47,750 bases of DNA from Gaiellaceae bacterium (lineage in GTDB: Bacteria > Actinomycetota > Thermoleophilia > Gaiellales > Gaiellaceae), in assembly GCA_035514455.1 (NCBI GenBank), contig DATKBA010000046.1, forward strand, positions 1 through 47,750, written 5' to 3'. The translations under genes were made by a program, and so were the position numbers. The notes beneath the pieces are model-generated. The model did not search any database. It saw nothing but the letters and a program-made list of their open reading frames with translations, and was not told the origin of the DNA. This document shows, one piece after another, positions 39,916-47,750 of this stretch (positions are counted from its first letter, which is position 1; each line of letters begins with the position of its first letter).

Positions 39916-40605
39916 ATGAAGAAGAGGACGAAGATCGCGCTCGGGGCCGGAACGGCGCTCGCAGTCGTCGGAGCCGGCGGCGCCCTCGCGGCGGGCCAGC
40001 TCTCGCCGAGCACGGAGAGCAAGGCGATCGTCGAGGACGCGGCCGAGCAGCTCGGCGTCGAGCCGGCGAAGCTGAGCGACGCGCTCAGGCAGGCGCTCGC
40101 GAACCGCCTGGACGAGGCTGTCGAGGCGGGCACGCTGACCGAGGCGCAGGCGGAGCGGATGAAGCAGCGCCTCGAGGCGAGCGACTTCCCGCTCTTCGCG
40201 GGGCCGATGCTCGGCCATCGCGGCGGGCCGGGCGGGCACGGCCTCGGTCGCGGCGCGAAGCTCGACGCCGCCGCGTCGTTCCTCGGCGTCACCGAGGCGG
40301 AGCTCCGTGAGGCGCTCCAGGGCGGCAAGACGCTCGCCGAGATCGCGAAGGACGAAGGGAAGACGGCCGAGGGGCTCGCCGACGCGATGGTGGCCGCAGC
40401 GGCGGAGCGCCTCGACGAAGCGGTCGCGGACGGCCGGCTGACGAAGGCGCAGCGCGACGAGCTGGTCGCCTCGCTCGAGGAGCAGACGACGGCGATCGTG
40501 AACGGAGAGCGGCCGGCGTTCCGCGGCAAGCGCGGCTTCGGCATGGGCGGCGGGCCGGGCTCCGGCTTCCGCGCCGGCCCCTCGGAGCTGCCGCCGGCGG
40601 CCTAA
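39916..40605 (+). CDS. Secreted protein with two LTXXQ motifs (CpxP/Spy/ZraP-like) and an internal duplication
   Basis: GAAGGAG Shine-Dalgarno 7 nt upstream. Signal peptide MKKRTKIALGAGTALAVVGAGGALAA. Two related helical units each carry the motif: RLDEAVEAGTLTEAQAERMKQRLE and RLDEAVADGRLTKAQRDELVASLE. Confidence 0.75.
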   Translation: MKKRTKIALGAGTALAVVGAGGALAAGQLSPSTESKAIVEDAAEQLGVEPAKLSDALRQALANRLDEAVEAGTLTEAQAERMKQRLEASDFPLFAGPMLGHRGGPGGHGLGRGAKLDAAASFLGVTEAELREALQGGKTLAEIAKDEGKTAEGLADAMVAAAAERLDEAVADGRLTKAQRDELVASLEEQTTAIVNGERPAFRGKRGFGMGGGPGSGFRAGPSELPPAA

Positions 40606-40771
40606 GAGCTTCTAACGTGATGAGGCCTCGTCGCCGGGGTGCGCTGGGTGGTGCGAGGCAAGGACGCAGGGAGCGTCGATATACAGGTATATCGGCGCGA
40701 CCGAGGACGCCGCATCGCGCCGCCCAGCGTGCTCCGGCGACTCAGAGCTTCATTGCGTTAGGAGCTCTAAG
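40602..40771. repeat. 170-bp palindromic intergenic element, divergent copy E3
   Basis: The ends are CTAAGAGCTTCTAACGTGATGAGG (40602-40625) and CTTCATTGCGTTAGGAGCTCTAAG (40748-40771), an imperfect TIR pair. The arms pair (GCGCTGGGTGGTGCGA with TCGCGCCGCCCAGCG). A central hairpin CGATATA-CAGG-TATATCG lies at 40677-40694. Both ends include the stop codons of the convergent genes. Confidence 0.5.
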
Positions 40772-42824
40772 CGGCGGCGTCGAGGACGCCGCGGACCTCG
40801 GCGACGAGCTCGCTCGACGTGAACGGCTTCTCGATGAAGGCCGCCCCCTCGCCGAGCAGGCGGTCGAGCGCCGCGGCGTCCTGGCTGTACCCGGACATCA
40901 GGACGACACACAGGCCGGGACGACCGCGGCGCAGCCGGTCGGCGAGCTCGCGGCCGCTCATGCCGGGCATGACCAGATCGGTCACGAGCACGTCGACGGC
41001 GCCGACGGTGCCGAACAGCCGCTCGGCCTCCTCCCCCGACGACGCGGACACGACCACGTAGCCGGCGAGCTCGAGCATGCGGCGGGCCATGTCGCGGACG
41101 GCGCTCTCGTCCTCGACGAGCAGCACCGTCTCGCTCCCGAGCGCGAGCCGCGACTCCTCGGCACCGGTCGGCTCGGCGGCGTCCTCGGACGCGACCGGCA
41201 GCCGGATCTCGAAGCTGGAGCCGAGGCCGGGCCTGCTGGAAACCGAGATCTCGCCGCCGCTCTGCGCGACGATCCCGTGCACGACCGCGAGCCCGAGGCC
41301 GGTGCCCTTCCCCACCTCCTTCGTCGTGAAGAAGGGCTCGAACGCGTGCGCCCTCGTCTCCTCGGTCATGCCGGCGCCCGTGTCGGAGACGGTCAGGAGG
41401 ACCTGGTCCGCGTCGTTCGCGGTCGCGATCGAGATCGTGCCGCCGCTCGGCATCGCGTCGCGGGCGTTCAGGACGAGGTTCGTCACGACCTGCTCGAGCT
41501 GGCCGGGGTCGGCGCGGACGAGCGCCGGCCGGCTGTCGAAGGCGAGGCGCAGCTGAACCTGCTCGCCCGCCAGCCTGGACAGCATCCGCCCGGCGTCGCC
41601 GACGACGACGTTGAGGTCGACGACGCGCGGCGCGAGCACCTGCCGGCGGCTGAACGCGAGCAGCTGGCGCGTCAGCTCCGCGGCGCGCTGAGCGGCCCGG
41701 CGCACTTCCTCGATGTCGCCGCGGACCGGGTGCTCCGCGGCGAGCTGGTTGAGCGCGAGGTCGCTGTAGCCGTCGATCGCGGTGAGGAGGTTGTTGAAGT
41801 CGTGTGCGACGCCGCCGGCGAGCCGGCCGACCGCCTCGAGCTTCTGCGCCTGCTGCAGCCGGTCCTGGAGCCGGCGCTGCTCGACCATCTGCTCGAGCAG
41901 CCGCAGCTGTGTATGGCCCTGGCGGGCCGCGAGCAGCAGGACGAGGAACAAGAGCGCCACCCGGTCGGGGGTCTCGAGCGGCTCGCGGCCCGCGACGCCG
42001 ATCCCGACGCCGACGAGCGCGAGCAGGATCAGGGCGGCCGACGGGGCGAGGGCACGCGCGCGCACGCCGATCCAGCCGCGTCGCCCCCGCCAGCCGGCAG
42101 GGGTCGCCGCCGCCCAGCCGAGTCCGGCGAAGCCGACGAGCCAGAGCGGGTCGAGCAGCCCGCCGGTGGAGTAGCTGTCACCCAGGTACGTGTAGCCCGC
42201 GTCCCCGATGCACATGGCGAGGAGCGCGAGCGAGGCGAGCTCGAGGCGGGCCCGGTCGCGCCACCCGTCGAGCATGAGCGCGGCCAGGAGGACGCCGAAG
42301 AGGAAGATCTCGCTCGGCGGGTAGACGACGGCGTAGACGGTGTCGAGCCCGCCGCCCTCGAGCGTGAGCAGCGGCTCGAGGACGAACTCGATCCCGAAGA
42401 AGCCCGCGAAGCCCGCGACGAGCGCGAAGTCGAGCGCGCGGCCGAGGCTCCACGGCAGGCGGTCGCGCGGCCAGACCGCGACCGCCGCCCCGAGCAGGGG
42501 CACGGCGAGCCAGAAGCCGACATCCGCGAGCGCGAACACGGGCGAGTCGAGCCCCTGCACGACCTCCTGGTACGTCCAGATCGCCTGCCCGGCGGCCCAG
42601 GCGAACGATCCCGCGGCGAAGAGCGCGAACGACTTCCGCAGATGCGAGTTCTCGGGACGCCTGTACGCGGCGACGCACGCGACACCGGCGAGGAGCGCGG
42701 CGAGGAGCCAGAGCGCGTCGATCGCGCCGATCCGCAGCCCGTCGGGCAGCGGCGTCGCGAGCCACGCGGCTGCGAAGAGCGCCGACGTGAGCACGAGCGC
42801 AGGACGGAGCAGGCGTCGGGTCAC
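40767..42824 (-). CDS. Hybrid sensor histidine kinase (polytopic N-terminal sensor, HisKA, HATPase, C-terminal receiver)
   Basis: About 8 TM segments, the H-box VAHDFNNLLTAI, an HATPase domain (DTGAGM...GTGLGLAVVHG), and a receiver (VLLVEDESAVR...VTDLVMPGMSG...LMSGY...IEKPF). Confidence 0.9.
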   Translation of the reverse strand: MTRRLLRPALVLTSALFAAAWLATPLPDGLRIGAIDALWLLAALLAGVACVAAYRRPENSHLRKSFALFAAGSFAWAAGQAIWTYQEVVQGLDSPVFALADVGFWLAVPLLGAAVAVWPRDRLPWSLGRALDFALVAGFAGFFGIEFVLEPLLTLEGGGLDTVYAVVYPPSEIFLFGVLLAALMLDGWRDRARLELASLALLAMCIGDAGYTYLGDSYSTGGLLDPLWLVGFAGLGWAAATPAGWRGRRGWIGVRARALAPSAALILLALVGVGIGVAGREPLETPDRVALLFLVLLLAARQGHTQLRLLEQMVEQRRLQDRLQQAQKLEAVGRLAGGVAHDFNNLLTAIDGYSDLALNQLAAEHPVRGDIEEVRRAAQRAAELTRQLLAFSRRQVLAPRVVDLNVVVGDAGRMLSRLAGEQVQLRLAFDSRPALVRADPGQLEQVVTNLVLNARDAMPSGGTISIATANDADQVLLTVSDTGAGMTEETRAHAFEPFFTTKEVGKGTGLGLAVVHGIVAQSGGEISVSSRPGLGSSFEIRLPVASEDAAEPTGAEESRLALGSETVLLVEDESAVRDMARRMLELAGYVVVSASSGEEAERLFGTVGAVDVLVTDLVMPGMSGRELADRLRRGRPGLCVVLMSGYSQDAAALDRLLGEGAAFIEKPFTSSELVAEVRGVLDAAA

Positions 42825-42861
42825 GCCCGGGTGATCGGCCGTGGGCCGCGCGAGATGAGCG

Positions 42862-45066
42862 TCAGCTCGGCGTGACGCGGTAGGCGTCGAAGACGCCCTC
42901 GAGGTTCCGCAGCACGGTCAGGAGCGAGCGGAGCTCCTTCAGGTCGCCCACCTCGGCGGTGTACCAGTTGCGCGCCATCCCGTCCTCGACGACGCCGCCG
43001 TAGGAGACGATGTTGGCGCCGTGCTCGGCGAAACTGCGGGCGACGTCCTCGAGCAGGCGGGCGCGGTCGAACGAGTCGACGGCGATCTGGACGCGGAAGC
43101 TCGACGTCGTCGCGAGCCCGTCCCACTCGACGGGCGTGAACCGCTCCGGGTTCCGCTTCAGCGCCTTCGCGTTCGGGCAGTCCTCGCGGTGGATCGTGAT
43201 CCCCCGGCCGAGCGAGATGTAGCCGAGGATCGGGTCGCCGGGCACGGGCGTGCAGCACTTGGCGAGGCGGACGAGCACGTCCTCGATCCCCTGCACGCGG
43301 ATGCCGAGCGTGTCGCCGGCGACCGTCGAGCGGGCCTTCGGCGGCTTCAGCGGGACGACTGCCTCCTCCGCCACCTCCTCGGTCTTGAGCCGGTTCAGCA
43401 CCTTGTTCACGATCAGGTTCGTCTGCAGCTTTCCCGCGCCGAGCGCGACGTAGAAGTCCTCGGCCTTGCGGAAGCCCGTCTCGCGGATCACCTGGGCGAG
43501 CACGGCCGAGCCCTGGAGCTTGCGGTAGGGCAGGCTCTGCGCCTTCAGCGCGTTGTCGAGCAGCTCGCGGCCCTTCGCCTCGGTCTCGCCGCGCGTCTCG
43601 CGCTGGAACCACTGGCGGATCTTGTTGCGCGCCCGCGAGGAGGCGGCGAGGCTCATCCAGTCGCGCGAGGGCCCCCGGCCCGACTTCGAGGTGAGGATCT
43701 CGACGAAGTCGCCGTTCTTGAGCCGGTAGTGGAGCGGGACGATGCGGCCGTTGATCTTCGCCCCGACCGTCTTGTGGCCGACGTCGGTGTGCACGGCGTA
43801 CGCGAAGTCGATCGGCGTCGCGCCGGCCGGCAGCGTCTTCACCTCGCCCTTCGGCGTGAAGACGTAGACCTCGTCGTCGAAGAGGTCGGTGCGGAACGTC
43901 TTCATGAACTCGCGCGGGTCGGCCTCGTCCTGTTGCCAGTCCATCAGCGACTTCACCCAGGTCAGCCATTCGTCGTCGGTCTTGCCCTTGCCGCGCTTGT
44001 AGAGCCAGTGCGCGGCGATCCCGTACTCCGCCTCCTCGTGCATGTCGCGCGTGCGGACCTGGATCTCGAGCGGCGTCCCCTCGGGCCCGATCACGGTCGT
44101 GTGCAGCGAGCGGTAGCGGTTGAACTTCGGCATCGCGATGAAGTCCTTGAACCGCCCGGGCATGGGCTTCCAGAGCGAGTGGATCAGGCCGAGCGCGCCG
44201 TAGCAGTCGCGCGTCCCCTCGTCGCCGGAGCGCTCGACCGTCACCCGCATCGCGGTCAGGTCGTAGATCTCGTTGAACTCGCGGCCCTTCTTCGCCATCT
44301 TGTCGTAGATCGAGTAGAAGTGCTTCGCGCGGCCGGCGATCTCGGCGGGGATGTCGACCTTGGCGAGCTCGGCGCCGAGGATCTGCCCCGCCTTCTCGAC
44401 GGCCGCCTCCCGGTCGGCCCTCCGGTCGGCGACCATCGCCTTGATCTCGGCGTACTTGCGCGGATGGAGGATCTCGAAGGAGCGGTCCTCGAGCTCCCAC
44501 TTCATCGCGTGGATGCCGAGCCGGTGCGCCAGCGGCGCGTAGACCTCGAGCGTCTCCTTGGCCTTCCGCACCTGCGCCTGCTTGCCCTGGTACTCGATCG
44601 TGCGCATGTTGTGGAGGCGGTCGGCGAGCTTGATCAGGATCACGCGGACGTCCTGCGCCATCGCCACGATCATCTTCCGGTAGTTCTCTGCGTCGGACTG
44701 CTCGCGCGTCTGGAAGCTCGTCCGCGTCAGCTTGGTGACCCCCTCCACGAGCTGGGCGATCTCGTCGCCGAACTCGTTGCGCACGTCCTCGGGCTCGACG
44801 CCCGTGTCCTCGACGACGTCGTGCAGGAGCGCGGCGGCGAGCGACTGCTCGTCGAGGTGGAGCTCGGCGCAGATCTTCGCCGCGGCCCACGGGTGGTGGA
44901 CGAACGGCTCCCCCGAGCTGCGCGTCTGGCCCTCGTGGGCGCGCGCCGCGAAGTGGAACGCCCGCGCGAGCAGCTCCCTGTCGACACCGGGGTTGTACCC
45001 CTCGACGGCCGCGATCAGCTCGTCGACGAGGTCCTGGTGATGACGTTCGATGTCGACGACAGCCAT
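42862..45066 (-). CDS. rel: Bifunctional (p)ppGpp synthetase/hydrolase
   Basis: HD domain (HHPWAAAKI...LLHDVVEDT), synthetase domain (YRSLHTTV), and TGS and ACT regions. I prefer ATG 45066, with TACCAT 6 nt upstream, over the track start 45126. Confidence 0.95.
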   Translation of the reverse strand: MAVVDIERHHQDLVDELIAAVEGYNPGVDRELLARAFHFAARAHEGQTRSSGEPFVHHPWAAAKICAELHLDEQSLAAALLHDVVEDTGVEPEDVRNEFGDEIAQLVEGVTKLTRTSFQTREQSDAENYRKMIVAMAQDVRVILIKLADRLHNMRTIEYQGKQAQVRKAKETLEVYAPLAHRLGIHAMKWELEDRSFEILHPRKYAEIKAMVADRRADREAAVEKAGQILGAELAKVDIPAEIAGRAKHFYSIYDKMAKKGREFNEIYDLTAMRVTVERSGDEGTRDCYGALGLIHSLWKPMPGRFKDFIAMPKFNRYRSLHTTVIGPEGTPLEIQVRTRDMHEEAEYGIAAHWLYKRGKGKTDDEWLTWVKSLMDWQQDEADPREFMKTFRTDLFDDEVYVFTPKGEVKTLPAGATPIDFAYAVHTDVGHKTVGAKINGRIVPLHYRLKNGDFVEILTSKSGRGPSRDWMSLAASSRARNKIRQWFQRETRGETEAKGRELLDNALKAQSLPYRKLQGSAVLAQVIRETGFRKAEDFYVALGAGKLQTNLIVNKVLNRLKTEEVAEEAVVPLKPPKARSTVAGDTLGIRVQGIEDVLVRLAKCCTPVPGDPILGYISLGRGITIHREDCPNAKALKRNPERFTPVEWDGLATTSSFRVQIAVDSFDRARLLEDVARSFAEHGANIVSYGGVVEDGMARNWYTAEVGDLKELRSLLTVLRNLEGVFDAYRVTPS

Positions 45067-45244
45067 GCACACATGGTACTCGGCGCGTCCACGGACGAAT
45101 CTCCCCCGCAGGAGTGTCCGTTGCACCGGCGAACGATGCCGCCCATGCCCTTCTCAGCACGCCGCCGCGAGCGCAAGGCGCTCAAGCTGGCGCGGCTCCT
45201 GGTCGCGCTCGACGAGTCGGCCCGGGAGGCGCGGCCCGCGTCTC

Positions 45245-47116
45245 CTAGGCGGCGCGCGGCAGCTCGAGCGACGCTCCGGCCAGCAGGGCTCTGAACGCCT
45301 CCGACTCGTAGAGCTGGCGCCGCGCCCCGGCCGCGAGCTCGAGCTCGGCGAAGATCGCGCGGGCGTCGGCGGTCCACGCCTCCTCCCCGGCCTGCCACAG
45401 CTCCGCCAGGCCGGCGCGCAGCTCCTCGTAGCCGTCGGGCGCATCGAAGAGCCGGCGGACGACGAGCTGGGGCGCGATCGTCCCGTTCCAGCGGTTCTCC
45501 TTCAGGCGGCAGGCGATGTCGTAGCGGACGGGGCGGCGCACGCGGTCGAGCTGGGGGCCGAGCCCGAACGCGATCGCGGTGCCGGCGTCGCGGCCGTGCT
45601 GGCGGACGCGGAAGCGGAGGTGCTTGCCCTCGCCGACGACGCCCGGCTGCACCGCCTCGCAGGCGGGGACGAGCAGCGTCACGTCCGGGTTGCCGAGGCC
45701 GAAGGGCGCCAGCCGTTCGAGCTCGGTGGCGAGGCCGAGGGTGAGCGCGGAGCCGGGGACGATCGCGTCGATCCTCGTCACGGGCGCGAGGTCCTCGTCG
45801 ACGAGGTCGGCGTCGGCGTGCGCGGCGAACGCGGCGGCGAAGGCGTCCAGGTTGGCGGGGTCGATCGAGAGGCCGGCGGCGGCGCGGTGGCCGCCGAAGC
45901 GGTTCAGGTGCTCCGAGCAGGCGGCGAGCGCGCCGTGCAGGTCGAAGGCGGGGAGCGAGCGGCCCGACCCCTTCCAGTCGCCCTCGGTGCCGGCGATCAG
46001 CACGACCGGCCGGTTGAAGCGCTCGACGAGCCGCGAGGCGACGATCCCGATCACGCCCTCGTGCCAGTCCTCGCCCCAGATCACGTAGCCGCGCCGGTTC
46101 CGCCTCGCCTCCGGCCACGACTCGACCTCGGCGACGGCGGCGCGCAGGATCCGGTTCTCGACGGCCTGCCGGTCCTGGTTCAGCGTCTCGAGCTCGGCCG
46201 CGAGCCGCCTGGCCTCCTCGGCGTCGGCGGTCAGCAGGAGCTCGAGCGCGGCGTCCGGGCGGCCGAGCCGGCCGGCGGCGTTGATCCGCGGCGCGAGCCG
46301 GAAGCCGACGGTTGCGGCGTCGACGGCGGCCGGGTCGACGCGGGCGTTCCGCATCAGCGCCTGGAGGCCGAGCCGCTGCGTCCGCGCGAGCGCGCGCAGC
46401 CCGGCGATCGCGAGCGAGCGGTTCTCGTCGAGCAGCGGCACGACGTCGGCGATCATCGCGAGCGCGACGAGGTCGACGTACGGCGCGATGTCGACGCCGA
46501 GCGCCTGCGCGAGCTTGCAGACGACGCCCGTGCCACACAACTCCGGAAACGGATAGTCCGACGGCCGGGTCGCGACGACCGGGCAGTCGGGCAGCGCCGC
46601 GCCCGGCCGGTGGTGGTCGGTCACGATCACGTCGAGCCCGCGCGCCTTCGCGTCCGCGACCTCCTCGACCGCGGTGATCCCGCAGTCGACGGTGAGCAGG
46701 AGCGCGCAGCCTTCGTCGGCGAGGCGCGAGATCGTGTCGCCGGAGACCCCGTACCCTTCCTCGAAGCGGCTCGGCAGGTGCCAGTCGACGTCGGCGCCGA
46801 GCCCGCGCAGCATCAGGACGGCGAGCGCGGTGGCGCAGATCCCGTCGACGTCGTAGTCGCCGTGCACGCAGATCCGCTCGCCGGCGGCGATCGCGGCCCG
46901 GATCCGCTCGACCGCGACAGCCATGTCGCCGAGCAGGAGCGGGTCGTGCGGCTCGATCTCGCCGCGGACGAACGCCCGCGCCGCCTCGACGTCGCGGTAG
47001 CCGCGGCGGACGAGGATCGAGGCGGTGATCTCCCCCACCTCGAGCGCGTCCGCGAGCGTCTTCACGTCCGCGTAGTCGACGGGGTCGATCGTCCAGGTGC
47101 CATCGCGCATCGGCAC
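45245..47116 (-). CDS. recJ: Single-stranded-DNA-specific exonuclease RecJ
   Basis: DHH motifs VHGDYDVDGI, TVDCG and VTDHHRP, plus a DHHA1 region (GGHRAAAG). Confidence 0.93.
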   Translation of the reverse strand: MPMRDGTWTIDPVDYADVKTLADALEVGEITASILVRRGYRDVEAARAFVRGEIEPHDPLLLGDMAVAVERIRAAIAAGERICVHGDYDVDGICATALAVLMLRGLGADVDWHLPSRFEEGYGVSGDTISRLADEGCALLLTVDCGITAVEEVADAKARGLDVIVTDHHRPGAALPDCPVVATRPSDYPFPELCGTGVVCKLAQALGVDIAPYVDLVALAMIADVVPLLDENRSLAIAGLRALARTQRLGLQALMRNARVDPAAVDAATVGFRLAPRINAAGRLGRPDAALELLLTADAEEARRLAAELETLNQDRQAVENRILRAAVAEVESWPEARRNRRGYVIWGEDWHEGVIGIVASRLVERFNRPVVLIAGTEGDWKGSGRSLPAFDLHGALAACSEHLNRFGGHRAAAGLSIDPANLDAFAAAFAAHADADLVDEDLAPVTRIDAIVPGSALTLGLATELERLAPFGLGNPDVTLLVPACEAVQPGVVGEGKHLRFRVRQHGRDAGTAIAFGLGPQLDRVRRPVRYDIACRLKENRWNGTIAPQLVVRRLFDAPDGYEELRAGLAELWQAGEEAWTADARAIFAELELAAGARRQLYESEAFRALLAGASLELPRAA

Positions 47117-47144
47117 TCGACGGTACGGGCGGGGTCGGACGGAG

Positions 47145-47330
47145 CTAGCGCTCGTCGGGCGCGCCGCGCCGCATGATCGACTCGCGGATGATCTTCACCC
47201 AGAGCAGGATCACGCCGGCGAGGAGGCCGAGCGCGGCGATCGCGATCGGCGTGTAGATCGCCATCTCCGAGAGGGAGTACTTCGTCACCCAGGTGCCGAG
47301 GAGCCAGATCGCCAGAACGACGACGGTCAT
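47145..47330 (-). CDS. Possible small two-TM membrane protein
   Basis: MTVVVLAIWLLGTWVTKYSLSEMAIYTPIAIAALGLLAGVILLWVKIIRESI. This is the only hydrophobic, coding-like part of track ORF 47145..47696, whose upstream part is antisense to the next gene. Confidence 0.45.
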   Translation of the reverse strand: MTVVVLAIWLLGTWVTKYSLSEMAIYTPIAIAALGLLAGVILLWVKIIRESIMRRGAPDER

Positions 47331-47378
47331 CGGGAGCACGAGCTGCCGGTCCACGGGGGGAGGGTACCCTTCGCCCCG

Positions 47379-47750
47379 ATGGACGAGGCGAACTACGCGT
47401 CCGGCGACGAGTTCGTCGTCGAGTTCCTCGGCTACCGGTTCGGCTTCAACGCCGACGACTTCGAGGAGCGCGTCACCGCCGCGGCCGTCCGGCTCGGGCT
47501 GATCAGCTCGAACGACCTGGACGAGGAGGAGACCGCCGACCTCGTCGAGCTCGCCGCGGACGGCCGCATCGCCGACCCGCGCAGCCTGCTCGGCAGCTAC
47601 CTCGTGCGGCACTGGGAGCGCGTCGGCCTGCTCGAGGGCGAGTCGCTCGTCTACTGGCTGCGCAAGCTCGTCTTCCGCGGCGCCTGGCTCGACCACCGCG
47701 TCAAGGAGGGGCTGCTCGAGGTCGCCTGGGACGAGGAGAGCGGCGACTTC
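47379..47750 (+). CDS. Hypothetical protein, N-terminal part (open at the right edge)
   Basis: Absent from the ORF track because it is open-ended. From ATG 47379 there are 124 codons without a stop, with strong GC3 bias and diverse composition (MDEANYASGDEFVVEFLGYRFGFNADDFEERV...). TACCCT lies 8 nt upstream. Confidence 0.6.
   Translation, partial: MDEANYASGDEFVVEFLGYRFGFNADDFEERVTAAAVRLGLISSNDLDEEETADLVELAADGRIADPRSLLGSYLVRHWERVGLLEGESLVYWLRKLVFRGAWLDHRVKEGLLEVAWDEESGDF

Noticed and set aside
1-47750. Search by eye for rRNA, tRNA, tmRNA, CRISPR arrays, transposases, integrases or phage genes
   Set aside because: I found none. The non-coding spacers are short except 15493-15681 and 37481-37811. 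None shows a cloverleaf-like arrangement or regularly spaced identical repeats of CRISPR type.

Overview
Very GC-rich bacterial chromosomal segment. By eye, third codon positions are almost always G/C, GTG starts are common, and there are many long Arg/Ala/Pro-rich antisense shadow ORFs. Gene content looks Actinomycetota-like (fused PafBC, an MprAB-like two-component system, many leaderless-type starts), possibly a deep lineage such as Thermoleophilia or Rubrobacteria, but that is a low-confidence guess. I support about 50 protein genes and saw no rRNA, tRNA or CRISPR array. Gene order, left to right: secD(partial)-yajC-tgt-Nudix with a VapBC module between them and queA; a WalR/MtrA-like two-component system; ArsB-type permease + CBS protein + CPA2 antiporter; hbd-thiolase and a divergent aldehyde dehydrogenase; two zinc-ribbon proteins (one with a SPOR-like domain); a Cys/His protein plus a naturally fused PafBC; queG coupled to a GAF histidine kinase; an MDR oxidoreductase; a DUF59/SufT-like protein; a four-gene translationally coupled operon (metallophosphoesterase, cyclic 2,3-diphosphoglycerate synthetase-like, 2-phosphoglycerate kinase-like, GlpX); hpt; an M23 peptidase; ccmE-ccmF; an AP-endonuclease-2/TIM-barrel protein; an adenylate cyclase-STAND-TPR protein; manB and a thioesterase; an MprAB-like system followed by a secreted LTXXQ protein; a hybrid histidine kinase; rel; recJ. 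The most interesting observations are: (1) the archaeal-type cDPG extremolyte genes in a bacterial operon with two phosphatase-type enzymes; (2) a family of about 170-bp whole-length palindromic, CTAG-bounded intergenic elements that each begin or end in a stop codon; (3) an 11-bp phased array of four MprA-box-like direct repeats in front of a CpxP-like LTXXQ gene; (4) a variant System I CcmE with CxxxY and no CcmH; (5) hpt with no canonical start codon; (6) widespread leaderless promoter geometry.
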